DNA of 64,000 nt from Azolla caroliniana (Eukaryota; Plantae; Polypodiophyta). Shown in pieces: positions 33,131 through 45,860 of the stretch. Both the position numbers and the translations under genes were made by a program. The stretch lies in the NCBI GenBank assembly GCA_043228905.1, contig JBHGNT010000008.1:20336001-20400000 (forward strand). Direction: 5' to 3'. The notes beneath the pieces were generated by a model, which was not told where the DNA came from, ran no database searches, and worked only from the letters and a program-made list of their open reading frames with translations. The stretch's first letter is position 1. The number at the start of each line of letters is the position of its first letter.

Positions 33131-36100
33131 TGTTGAGCAAGCAAGCTTAACCGTATCTGAATCGGCTGAACAAGCCAGAGCCATATCGATATCGGTATCG
33201 GAGAGCCAGATCGGTGAGCCGGATTCAAATGTGAACCGGAAGGCTAGTAGTAGCCTATACTCCTAGACTACTAGGTACTCAGAGTCCACGTAGTTAGTGA
33301 CAGTTGCTTGTGTGAGCATTGAAGTACATACTACTTCTATTAGTCCTTTTGAGGACTTGTATAAATAGTGTTGTTTAGCATGTTGTATATATAGAGTGAT
33401 ACAGAGTGTTATTTTTTAATAGAGTTTATGTTTTTCTCTCTCTGTCTTTCTGTCTCTCCTGTGTATGCTAAATACTCTCAAGCTTCCATTGAACCTGTGT
33501 TTTTATTCTCTGCTGCTGCCCGGCTAAACTGGTTTGTCAAGCTTCCGCACGCTAAATTTTACATGGCATCAGAGCATGAGGGTTGAGACTCCTCTACAGC
33601 CAACAGACGCTTTCGAAGAATGTTGAGAGACAAGCTCAACATTGGCCGGATTGGCTGAAGAAGCCGAGGACCAGATCGGTTGGGACCAATCGGTTAGGCC
33701 GAGTGCGTAAACCGGTACGCAGACCGGTGCGTAGGTAGGGCCGGATCGGTGCGGAAACCGGGAGGCCGTTAAGAAAGATATTCTATGAGGAATATATTTG
33801 GGAGTTAGTGTAGGAGCTCTCAATGAACATTGAAGTACTGTCAGTACTTCTGTCAGTCCCTCTAGGACTTGTATAAAAGTGTTCATTGAACACACATATG
33901 TATAGAGTGTGGTGAATAGAGATTGTTTTTTGTTGAATATAGTTCTTGTGTTCTCTCTCTCTCACTCTCTCTGTCTCTCCCGACTATACTGCGTAAGCTC
34001 AAGCTCTCCATTAAACTTGAGTGTTCTTCCTTCTGTTCGGTCTTCATACTTGCTTCCGCACGCTACTTTCTACATGGTATCAGAGCGCGAGGGTTGAGAA
34101 CCTCTCTGTAGCCGACACAACTTGACGAAGAAGAACAAGAAGAACGATGGATAGAGGCATGGCGAGCTCGCTTCCAACAGAGAAGCTCGACAGAACCAAC
34201 TACGCATCTTGGTCCTACTAGATGCACCAGAACCTGCTCGGGCACGGCTACTGGAGTTATGTCGAAGGAGCTAATGACGCGGCACCCGAATCGACACCCA
34301 GAGACTTCCCGTTGTGGGAGCAATCGGCGAGCAGGGTATTATACTGCTTCGCGTCGTGTGTGGGCGAACAACTATTGAGCTATGTTCGGGATGCAAAGAC
34401 GCCGAAGGCTGCGTGGGAAAATCTGAAGAAGATTTTCGCCGCAAGCACCATAGCCAGGAAGCTTCAGCTCCGACAGGAGTTGAGCAAGCTACGATAACGC
34501 GACTTGTCGGTGGCGGACTATACCTCGAAGATCAAGGATATCTGCGACTCCCTCGCCTCCATAGAGGTGAACATCGAGGAGGGTGAGATGGTCCAGATCT
34601 GTCTCGAAGGTTTGGCGTCAATGTTCGGAGCGTTCCGAACGGTTGTGTGTACCCGGGAGAATACGCCGTCCTTTTTTGACTTACAGTCAATGCTCCTGGT
34701 AGAGGAGAACCACGTAGGTGCGTCTACAAGCACGCACACCGATAGCAGAATGTTGTACACGGAGGGAGATAGGCCCCGTGGATGTGGAGGACGAGGCGAG
34801 TCGGCGCGCAATGGAGGCGGCCGACGAGATCAAGGAAGAAGGCACCGAAGTGATGCCGACAACAACTCCGGACCCTCCGGAAACAGGGGGAGTCGAAGCG
34901 ATGAGAACCGGCAAGGGAAGGCCATCGCGGAGTGCTGGTACTGTGGCAAGAAAGGCCACAAGGAAAGTGAGTGATGGAAGAAGCGCGCCGAGTCGGAGAG
35001 AACCGGTTCCGGAAACAGCTCCGGACATACCGACAAGGGAAATCGGCAGCGATCGCACTATGCCGAAGACTCCGGGAGAGCCAGAGAAGGGTCTGCCTTC
35101 GTGACGAGACACGAAGCAAACTCAATGAAACGAACCACCTGGAGATCAGACGAGGTGTGGTACGTAGACTCCGGCGCGTCAAACCACATGATGAGCCATA
35201 AGGAGTGGTTCTCGTACCTTGAAAAACCGATACAACCTGGAGTAGTCGCAATTGGAGACGACACTCCGCATTCGATCGTGAATGTCGGCGAAGTTCCCCT
35301 TAGCCATGTTAGGCAGAAACGGAAACTCATGAACGTGTTGCACGTTCCGACAATCACGAAGAACTTGGTCTCGGTCGGACAAATCGTCGACCAAGGGATG
35401 GAGGTTCGGTTTACACACCTCGGGTGCTTCATTGAGGAAGAAGGCCGTGTGATTGCACAAGGGCACAGAGACGGGAGGATGTTCATCCTCGACTCCACTG
35501 ACGGTGGCACCGGAATGTTCGCAAAGGGACAAAAAGCCGAGTCGGACATCGACTTGTGGCACACGCGGATAGGCCACGTCAACTACCAATGGCTTCAAGA
35601 TCTGCAATCGAAACATGTAGTGTTCGGATTGCCCAAGTTTAGTGGCCGAAAGGCACAAATTTGTGAAGCCTGCCAGCTCGGGAAGCAACACCGACTTCCT
35701 TTCCCCAACGAGCGAAACCGGAGCCGGAACAAGCTCGACCTTATACACTCCGATGTGTGGGGGCCGGCACAAAATGTTAGTCTTGGCGGGAGCCGATATT
35801 TCGTCTCCTTCATCGACGACCACACACAGCACATGTGGATCTACCTCATTGAAAGGAAGAGAGAAGTCTTCGACTGTTTCCGGGACCTCAAAGGGTTCGT
35901 GGAAACGGAAACGGGACGAAAGATCAAGTGCCTGCGGTCGGATGGCGGGAAAGAGTACTTTTCGAGTCAATTCAACGGTTATCTACAACAAATGGGAATT
36001 CGGCGCGAATTCAGTCGTAGATACACGCCGGAGCAGAACGGCGTGGCCGAGAGAAAGAATCGGTCAGTTGTGGAAGCGGCACGGGCAATGCTGGAGGAGA

Positions 36101-39100
36101 AGAGCTTGCCCAAGTTCTACTGGGCCGAGGCGGTAAGGACCGCGGTATACATCCAGAACCGGATCGGAGACAAAGTGTCGGCGCACGAGCTATATTTTGG
36201 AACGAAGCCGAACTTGCGACACTTGAGGGTGTTCGGTAGCATTGTGTATGTGCATGTACCGAAGGAGAAAAGGAGGAAGCTTGACGCAAAGGCCGAGAAA
36301 TGCATCTTGGTCGGTTACTCGGATGAGCAGAAGGGTTATAAGTGCTATAACCCTCGCACCAAACAAGCGCATGTTAGCCGCGACGTTGTGTTTGACGAGT
36401 CCTCGTCCTGGTACCAGCCCCCGACTCCGAACCCCGACTCCAATCTGAGTTCTAACGATGAGGTCAACGAGGCCGAGATACCTCCGGATGAGCCCGAAAT
36501 CGAGACCCGTGAAGAGAGTCCGATTTCACTCCGGTTAAGTGGACCGATTGGACGACTGAGTCGGTACGACCAGTCCGATGAAGAGCCGGCGAGTAGTGGA
36601 GACTCGGCCGTGCATTCCCCGCGCAGGAAGCCGAGGAGACGGCTTACGCGCAAAGAGAAAGGGAAGAAGAAGGTGTCGGATTCCGGCACGGATAGGAACG
36701 AGTCAGACCGACGCGAGTCCCACTCTGAGGGAACTGGTGACGGGTCTTTGAAGGTGAAGTCCGCGTCGACTGAGAAGGCCTCGACATCGGCTAATGTGAG
36801 ATTACGCCGATCTACCCGCCAGAAGAATCCTGTTTTGCGGTTCGGATACAACGAGTACATGGCGCATCATTATGCGTACATGACCCTTGTAGCGGAAGTG
36901 CGTGAGCCGGAGAGCTACGCAGAAGTGGCAAAAGACGCGAATTAGCGTGCCGCGATGGAGGAAGAGATGCACGCATTGGCGGAGAACGAGACCTGGGATC
37001 TGGTTGACGCTCCAATAGGGGTAAAACCGATCGGGTGTAGGTGGGTGTACAAGGTCAAGTACAACATCGATGGCTCCGTTAACCGGTACAAGGCTCGGCT
37101 AGTGGCAAAGGGCTACGCGCAGAAACATGGCATCGACTACGATGAGACGTTTGTGCCGGTTGCGAAAATGACGACCGTCCGTGTTTTGCTCGCAGTAGCT
37201 GCGGCGAAGGGGTGGCACTTACATCAGATGGATGTAAAGAATGCGTTCCTACAAGGTGACCTTGAAGAACAGGTGTACATGGTACAACCCCCCGGATTTC
37301 ACTCTGGAACAAACTCCTCGGCAGTATGCCGACTGAAGAAGTCCCTTTACGGACTGAAGCAAGCCCCGCGTGCCTGGAACGCGAAGATCACGCAACAACT
37401 GCGTCGGATGGCCTTCGTCACGAAAAAATCGGACTCTTCCTTGTTCATCTGGAAAGGTCGAGTCGGACCGGTTAGTATTTTACTCTATGTTGATGACTTG
37501 GTTATCACCGGCGCCGACCTAGGTGAAATCGACCGCGTGAAGCTTCAGCTTGCGGCATCGTTCGACATGAAGGATCTAGGGGACCTTCATTACTTTCTCT
37601 GGATCGAAGTGATCCGTACCCCCGAAGGCATATTGATCAGCCAACGTCATTACGTGCTGGGTATGCTCTTCAAATTCGGGATGGCCGAATGTAAGTCCGT
37701 CTCGACTCCTCTGGACAGAACTGTCAAGCTTCGTCCCGATACGGGAAAGGTATGCGACTCGATGAGGTTCCGACAAATTGTTGGAAGCCTCATATACTTG
37801 ACCATCACCCGACCCGACCTCAGTTATCCGGTTGGGGTGATCAGTCAGTTCATGGCACGACCTACTGAGGAGCACCTTCAGTGTGCGCAACGCGTACTTC
37901 GGTATGTCAACGGCACTAAGGACCGGGAACTGCTATATCGGACCGGTGCAGCCGCGCAGTTAGTCGGCTGCACCGATGTTGATTGGGCTGGCAACGCCGC
38001 CGATCGCCGATCCATGTCTCAATCGGGAGTGTCGCGATCGCGTGGAGCAGTAAGAAGCAGCCGACAGTTGCACTGTCGAGCACCGAAGCTGAGTACCGAG
38101 GAGCGGCCGTCACGACATGCGAAGCCATATGGTTGAAGCGGCTACTTACGGACCTGCAAGAGGAGGTGTCAAATCTGACGACGATCTACTGCGACAACCT
38201 CATCAGCATCTAGCTCGCGAAAAACCCTGTTTTCCATGCACGGACCAAGCACATTGAGGTGCATTACCATTTCGTCCGTGAGCGTGTCCTTTCCGGTGAA
38301 GTCGAACTGTAGTACGTTCCGACGGATTGGAAGACTGCCGACATCTTCACCAAGCCGCTTGGTCTGGACAAGTTGCGGCAATTCTCCGGTGCGCTCGGAT
38401 TGCGTCACCTCGACGTGCCAAACTTGAGGGGGAGAACAATCCCGAACGACCAAGCAAGGCAGCAGGAAAGGAGCAGAGACCGCGACACCGAGTCGGTTGA
38501 CTCGGTTGTCGAGTTCGACTTCGGATCGGCTGAAGAAGCCGAGGGTGGACCTGCGGAAAAGTTCGGAAGCGGACAAAAGGTGAGCAGCCGAAGGAGAGAG
38601 CCGAAGCCAACCACGCATGGGGAAGATGACGCCATCGAGGGCGAGAAGACCGAAGACGAGTTGGAGACACCCAACTCGGACGAGAGCGAAAGCCGATCGG
38701 AGGTAGCCGAGTCGGTTCAGATGTTTGATTCAGATACGCTGAATCAACCGAGGCCCAAGCGGAAGAAAAGGCAGCAGGAGAAGCGTCAACACCGCAACAA
38801 CAGAAGAGCTGATAAGGGCCACATGAGCAGACAAGCCGACCGGAAGGGTCGAAGCGCGCGGAGTCGAACAGGTCGAGGAGCGCGAGCGAGGCGTGAAGCC
38901 AGGAGGAACCGGAGCTGTGAGCCCGAAGATCCCGAAGATCCCGAAGAGCCTCAAGTTGAGCTTGAGGGGGAGTGTTGAGAGACAAGCTCAACATCGGCCG
39001 GATCGGCTGAAGAAGCCGAGGACCGGATCGGTTGGGACCGATCGGTTAGGCCGAGTGCGTAAACCGATACGCAGACCGGTGCGTAGGTAGGGCTGGATCG

Positions 39101-41447
39101 GTGCGGAAACCGGGAGGCCGTTAAGAAAGATATTCCGTGAGGAATATATTTGGGAGTTAGTGTAGGAGCTCTCAATGAACATTGAAGTACTGTCAGTACT
39201 TCTGTCAGTCCCTCTAGGACTTGTATAAAAGTGTTCATTGAACACACATATGTATAAAGTGTGGTGAATAGAGATTGTTTTTTGTTGAATATAGTTCTTG
39301 TGTTCTCTCTCTCTCACTCTCTCTGTCTCTCCCGAGTATACTGCGTAAGCTCAAGCTCTCCATTAAACCTGAGTGTTCTTCCTTCTATTCGGTCTTCATA
39401 CTTGCTTCTACACGCTACTTTCTACAAAGAAAAACCCTAACATCCGGTGAAGAACAGTAGAGAACCGAAATGGACAGAGGTATGGCAAACTCACTTCCCA
39501 CAAAAAAGCTTGACCGGAGCAACTAGGCATCCTGGTCATATAAAGTCTTCCCGACATAGGAGCAAGGAGCGAGCCAAGTATTGTACTGCCTTGCGTCCGG
39601 TGTGCACGATTAGATGCTCGACTACATCAAGGATGCAAAAACGCTAGAGGAGGCCTAGGAAAATCTACGGAAGATTTTCGCCGCAAGTACCACAGCCCGT
39701 AAGTTGCAACTCCGACAAGAGCTGAACAACATCCGGTAGAGAGATATGTCTGTTATGGACTACACCACCAAGATTAAGGAGATCTGTGATGCACTCAGAT
39801 CCATCAACGTAACGGTGGAAGAAGATGAGATGGTCCAGATCTGTCTTGGTGGTCTAGCACAACGGTACGGGCCAGTCCGGATCACAATTTGCACCCAAGA
39901 GAAGCTAGCTTCCTTCTTCGTCTTGCAATCCATGTTGATGGTCGAAGAAAACCACACGAGTGGGTAGAGGACCACTCAATCGGACAGCCGGATGTTATAC
40001 ACGGAGGCGGAACGGCCCCATGGGCATGGAGGACGAGGTGGGTCGGCACGCAATGGAGGCAGCCGGCAAGAGCAGAACTGAAGGCGCAAAGACGGTGCCG
40101 AAATAGTTTCGAACCCTCCACAAGCAGGGGAGTCAAGTTGGAGACGGAAACCGACAATTGAAAACTGACACGGAATGTTGGTATTGTGGCAGGAAAGGCC
40201 AAAAAGAGAGCGAGTGCTAGAAGTAGAATGCCAATTCGGATAAATCCGGATCCGGCAAGGCCGGACAAGGGAACTGGCAAAGCTTGCACAACGCAGAAGG
40301 ATTCGAAGGATCCGGAACCGAGAAGACAGGAAAAGGTTAACTTGGTGAAGAAGACCAGTTTTGGATCGGAGGAAGTGTGGTATGTTGACTCCGGAGCATC
40401 AACCACATGATGAGCCATGGAGAGTGGTTCTCGTTTTTAGAGAAACCGGACCAACAAGGAGTTGTCGAAACTGGAGACGTCACTCCTCACCTGATTGTGC
40501 ATGTTGGAGAAGTCCTTTTAAGCCATGTTGGACGAAAGGGAAAGCTGATAAAAGTACTACATGTTCCGACAATCACAAAGAACCTGGTATCAGTCAGGCA
40601 GATCGTCGACTAGGGGAGGCAGGTGCCGTTTACGCACCTCGGGTGTTTCATTGAGGAAGATTATTGTGCAAGGGTGTAGGAACGAGAGGATATTCATCCG
40701 CAACATCAACGACGTCAACACCGCTATGTTCGCAAAGGGTCAGAAGATCGAGTCTGATATCGATCTGTAGCACAAGCAAATCGACCACGTCAATTACCTG
40801 AGGCTTCAAGACCTGCAATCGAAACAAGTTGTTTTCATATTGTCGAAATTTAGTGGCTGAAAGGTCCAAATTTGTGAAACATGGCAGCTTTGGAAGCAAC
40901 ATCGGCTTCCATTCCACACTGAAAGAAATTGGGGTTGTAACAAGCTCGATCTAATACATTCGGATGTATGGGGACTGACACAAAATGTTAGTCTTGGCGG
41001 GAGTCGATGTTTCGTCTCCTTCATCGGCGACTACAACCGACACACATGGATCTACCTAATCGAAAGGGAAAGCGAAGTTTTCGACTGTTTCCGGAACTTG
41101 CAAAGTCTAGTTGAATGGGAAACAGAAAGGAAGATCAACTGCCTGCATTCGGATGGTGGAAAAGAATATTTTTCCGGCCAACTCAATAGTTATCTGCAAT
41201 AAATGGGAATTCGGAGAGAATTTAGTTGCAGATACACACAGGAACGAAATGGTGTGGCTGAAAGGATGAACCGGTCGATTGTCCACGCAGTAAGGGCAAT
41301 GTTGGAGGAGAAGAGCATGCCCAAGTTCTACTGGGCCGAAGAGGTCCAGACAACCGTCTACATCCAAAACTGAATTGGGGATAAGGTGTCAGCACAAGAG
41401 CTATATTTTGGGCGGTAGCCGAACTTGAAGCACCTTAGGATATTCGG
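33131..41447 (+). mobile_element. Older Copia B element (5' LTR 33131-33563, PBS 33564-33575; gag-PR-INT remnants 39432-41447) hosting a younger copy
   Basis: TGTTGAG...TTTACA LTR and TGGCATCAGAGC PBS. Sequence resumes after the AAGAA TSD with gag, WYVDSGAS and integrase fragments. Confidence 0.85.
33621..39426 (+). mobile_element. Full-length Copia B element (454-bp LTRs 33621-34074 and 38973-39426, TSD AAGAA), coding region inactivated
   Basis: PBS TGGTATCAGAGC at 34075 and PPT GAGGGGGAG before 38973. Gag, CWYCGKKGH, WYVDSGAS, integrase, HQMDVKNAFL/LYVDDL RT and RNase H, broken by several stops and a frameshift. Confidence 0.96.
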
Positions 41448-41528
41448 TGTCATGAACATCGACTCAAATGTGAACCTTAGGCCCTTGTATATATATTTCT
41501 CCTAGACAAACTTTAGACTTCAAACATT
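41448..41528 (+). mobile_element. Stub of a chromoviral-type LTR
   Basis: TGTCATGAACATCGACTCAAATGTGAACCTTAGGCCC matches the reverse complement of about 27380-27461. Confidence 0.65.
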
Positions 41529-44500
41529 TGTAAGTGCTAATCTGTGGCAACCCTTCTCAATCAATGACCCATGAGCTTCTATAGCTCTAGAGAGAGAGTG
41601 GGTGTTTTGGTAAGTTAATAGACAGAGAGGGTGACCTTATATAAAGCACCCTCCTCCTACGTCATAAAGGGTTGTTTATTCTCCTTTGTAATGCCGCATT
41701 TTGTACTTGATATTCTCCTAGTTAATATACATCGTCTTCAGTACTTCATTTCTTTTATCTATCTTGTGTTTCTCTCCTCTTCTCTCCTCTTTTCACACAC
41801 ACAGACACACACAACACACATCTCTTCTGCTACCCAACATCATATTCGATTCTTTACATGGTATCAAAGTGATTTGGTAGCTCGATCTAGCCCATCCTCA
41901 TGTGTTGTGTCTACAATGACGATTCAAAGAAATCCGGTTGATCACTATCGTAGTGTCGATACATAGCTCGTGTCCATGAGAGAAGAGGGAAGAAATCTTC
42001 ATCGACATGATGAACACTCAAATCGGGAGCACTCTCCCTAGCGAGAAGTTGGATAGAAACAACTTTGAATCTTGGGAGTACAAGATGCACCAATACCTTG
42101 TTCACTAAGGCTATTGGAGTTACATTCAAGGAGCAAAGAAAACAAACCCGATCCGAATGACACCGACTCCTCAACATGGGAACAAGCGGCAAGTCGAGTG
42201 TGTATTTCTTGGCAACATGTGGCCATGACCACATGCTTGGCTACATTCGAGAAGCCAAGCTGCCAAAGGAAGCATAGGAGAATCTCAAGAAGATTTTCGC
42301 GTTCAAGTCAACCGCAAGAAAGCTTCAACTCCGTCAAGTGTTGAACAACATCCATCACAAGGACATGTCCATCACAATCTAAAACTTGAAGATCAAGGAG
42401 CTTTGTGAATCACCCGGCTCGATAAGCGTCAACGTGGAAGATGATGAGATGGTGCAAATACGCCTAGGCATCCTTGCACCACGGTTCGGCGGGATGAGAA
42501 CTGTTGTTCTAGCAAGGGAGAATCCTCCCTCTTTCTTCGATCTTCAATCAATGTTATTGGTTGAAGAAAATTATGTTCGAACAAAGAGCAATGCCTTGGA
42601 AGGCCACATGCTCTACACACACTCAAATGGAGGAAGAGGACGTGGCCCTGCTAGAAGAGGCCAATTCGGCAAAGGACGAAGCAGACAAGGTCCAACCTAT
42701 GAAAACAGCTCCCAATTTTAGGCAAGAAAATAGAAACAATCGAGGAACGTTCAGAAGAAGGGGGAGCTTCCATGCCGGTCCAAGCCAACAAAAGTCAATT
42801 GAATGTGGATATTGCATCAAAATTAGCCATCACAAGAAGAGTGTTGAAGGAAGAAGCGTGAGTCGTCTACCACAAGCCGACAACTCATCAATTACTCCAT
42901 CAACTCCGACTATGACGACCATGGCGAAATGTTTGTGATGAGACATGGAGCCAATGCTAAGTCGGTCTCTACTTCAACTAAGTCCTCCGGTCTGAAAGAT
43001 GTATGGTTCGTCGACTCTGGTGCCTCGAACCATATGATGTCCCACCAAGAATGATTACGAGACCTTTGAGTGGTAGATCAACCCAGCTATGTCGAGACCG
43101 AAGATGATACCACTCAGATGTGAGCAAAGGCCTTGTGGATGTAATCCACTCAGATGTGTGGGGACCTACTCAGATGGCTACATTCAGTGGATGGCGATAT
43201 TACATGACCTTTATCGACGACTTGTCCAGGCACACCTGGATCTTTCCCATGATGCAGAAGAGTGAAGTTTTTGTACACTTCCACAAATTCAAAAGTGGAG
43301 GCGAAAAGGAAACAGGTCGGCATGTTAGATGCCTTAACTTAGATGGAGGCAAGGAATGCGTCTCCAATGCATCCACAAAATACCTTCAACAAGAAGGAAT
43401 CTGACAAGGATTTTCTTGTCGACATACACCACAACAAAATGGAGTGGCCGAATGCAAAAACCAGCACATCCTCAAAGTAGCACGGGCCATGATGAACGAA
43501 AAGAATCTACTAAATTCATATTGGACCGAAGTAGAAAATACTACCGCCTACCTCATGAACCGGTGTACAACATCTGGGTTGCACGATGTAACCACTCATG
43601 AGAAATACTAGGGAAAGAAACCGAATCTATCCCATGTAAGGATATTCAGCTCTATTGCATACATGCACATCCCCAACTAGAAGCGGCAAAAGCTAGATCC
43701 CAAGTCGGAGAAGTCTATCCTCGTAGGGTATTCGCTGGAGCAAAAGGGGTACAAATGCTTCAACCCCTCTATTCGGAAGGTTCGTGTGAGTTAAGATGTA
43801 GTCTTTCACGAATTGGCGTCATGTGAGCCAACTCCTCCCGAACCATTTCCAACTTACCTCAATGACATAGAGGACAATGATCAGCTAAGGTCAATACCTG
43901 AGAAGAGTCTGATCTCAACCAGATTGACTGGACCACAAGAGCCTCCAAGCGAGCCAAGCATGTCACGGCCGAGTCCAAAGATCAACAAAGGGAAGGCCAA
44001 AATGCAGGAATATGAAGATGATCAATCTGATGGCAATGAATCAGCTCACTCACTGAACAATGAGCTTGATGGTTTTGATCTGCCTCTTATGAGGACACCT
44101 GGAGTGAAGAAAGTTATTTTCGCAACAAACGAATAACTCTATCGCTCCACCCGCGACAAGATTCCAGTTAGTTGATTCAGCTACGATGACTACATGGCAT
44201 ACCACTATGCATTTATGATGAAGGTGTAGTTGTTCGAGAACCGAACATTTTTTCTGAGGCAGCCAAGGATCCACAATGGGTCGAAACAATGAAAGAGATG
44301 CAAGAACTAAGCAAGAACGAGATATGGGATCTCGTTCCCCACTCACCTCACAAGAAGGCAATCAACGGCAAATGGATATTCAAGGTGAAGTACAATGCCG
44401 ATGGCTCTATCAATCGCTACAAAGCCCGACTCATAGCGAAAGGATATGCGCAAACACATAGAGTTATCTAGGAAGAGACTTTTCCCCGGTATCAAAGATG

Positions 44501-45860
44501 ACAAATGTGCGGACCGTGATAGTGCTCGCATCAGCAAAAGGGTGGCACTAGAATGCCTTTCTCCAAGTTGAATTAGAAGAGGAGGTGTACATGGTACAAC
44601 CACCTGGCTTTGAATCCATTATCCATCCAAAAGCATTCTACTGACTAAAGAAACCATTCCACGGCCTTAAGCAAGAACCACGTGCTTCGCATTCGAAGAT
44701 AAGACAATATCTTCATCAAATTGTCTTTAGAATGTCCAAATCCAACAACTCTCTCCATGCTAGAAGCGATCCTGAAAGCCTGATTGTCATCATCCTATAT
44801 GTGGATGATCTAGCCATTCGAGGTGAAAATCTAGTCGACATCCACAAGGTGAAGTCCCTCCTCTCTAGAAAATTCAAGATGACGGACATGAAACAACTTC
44901 ATTACTTCCTAGGTATTGAAGTAATTCGGACTCTAGTTGCCATTATGATCTCTGAATGGCACTGCATCCTGAACATGGTATACAAGTTCGAGATGACTAA
45001 GTGCAAATCTGTGGCAACCCCTCTTGATCGAAACCTCAAACTGGATGCCGACTCGGGCTCCACAAAGTGTAAGCAGCACTATCGACAACTCATTGGTAGT
45101 CTTATCTACCTCACGATCACTCATCTCGACCTCAGCTATCCGGTTGGTGTCCTTCGCCAATTCATGCAAAAGCCATGTGACATTCACTTGGATTGCGCTA
45201 AGCGAGTGGTGCAATACATGAGCGGTAGAATGGATTGTGCCATTCTCTACAAATCAGTCACAACAATTCGACTCAAGGGATAATAGATGTCGATTGGACT
45301 GGCTATAAGGCTGATAGACAATCAACCTCCAGATTTGTTTTCTCCCTTTGTAGGGGGGCAATATCCTAGACTTGCAAGAAGTAGCCAACTATTGCACTTT
45401 CGAGCACAGAGGCCGAATACTGGGGCACAGTTGTGGCTACATGTGAAACCGTCTAACTAAAGGGAATCATGAAGGATCTGGGTGTTCCCATCAACGATCC
45501 TACTCCCCTATACTACGATAATGTGAGTAGTATTCATCTCGCTCGGAAACCTATGTTCCATGCTCACACGAAGCATATCGATGTGCACTATCACTTCATT
45601 TGAGAGCTCGTTCAGGCTGGAGATGTCGACCTTCAACACATGAGCATGAATCTTTAGACAGTCGACATCTTCACCAAAGCCCTAGGAGCCGACAAGCTTC
45701 GGCAAGTCATGTTAGACGTTGGACTTGCCAAGCTTGAGGGAAAGTACAAAAGAGAACTCTATATCATTTGAACCGGATACCGGTCGAAGAGAATATTAGT
45801 TGAAAGAAGATGACCCAAGTTGAGCTTGAGGGGGCGTGTTGAGAATCAAGCTCAACCTAG
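41529..45860 (+). mobile_element. Highly degenerate Copia B-related element (LTR to 41858, PBS 41859, PPT about 45826-45836, 3' LTR stub from 45837)
   Basis: TGGTATCAAAG PBS; gag, IHSDVWGP, YKARLIAKG, ILYVDDL and RNase H remnants. The 3' LTR start does not match the presumed 5' LTR start, so boundaries are uncertain. Confidence 0.8.
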
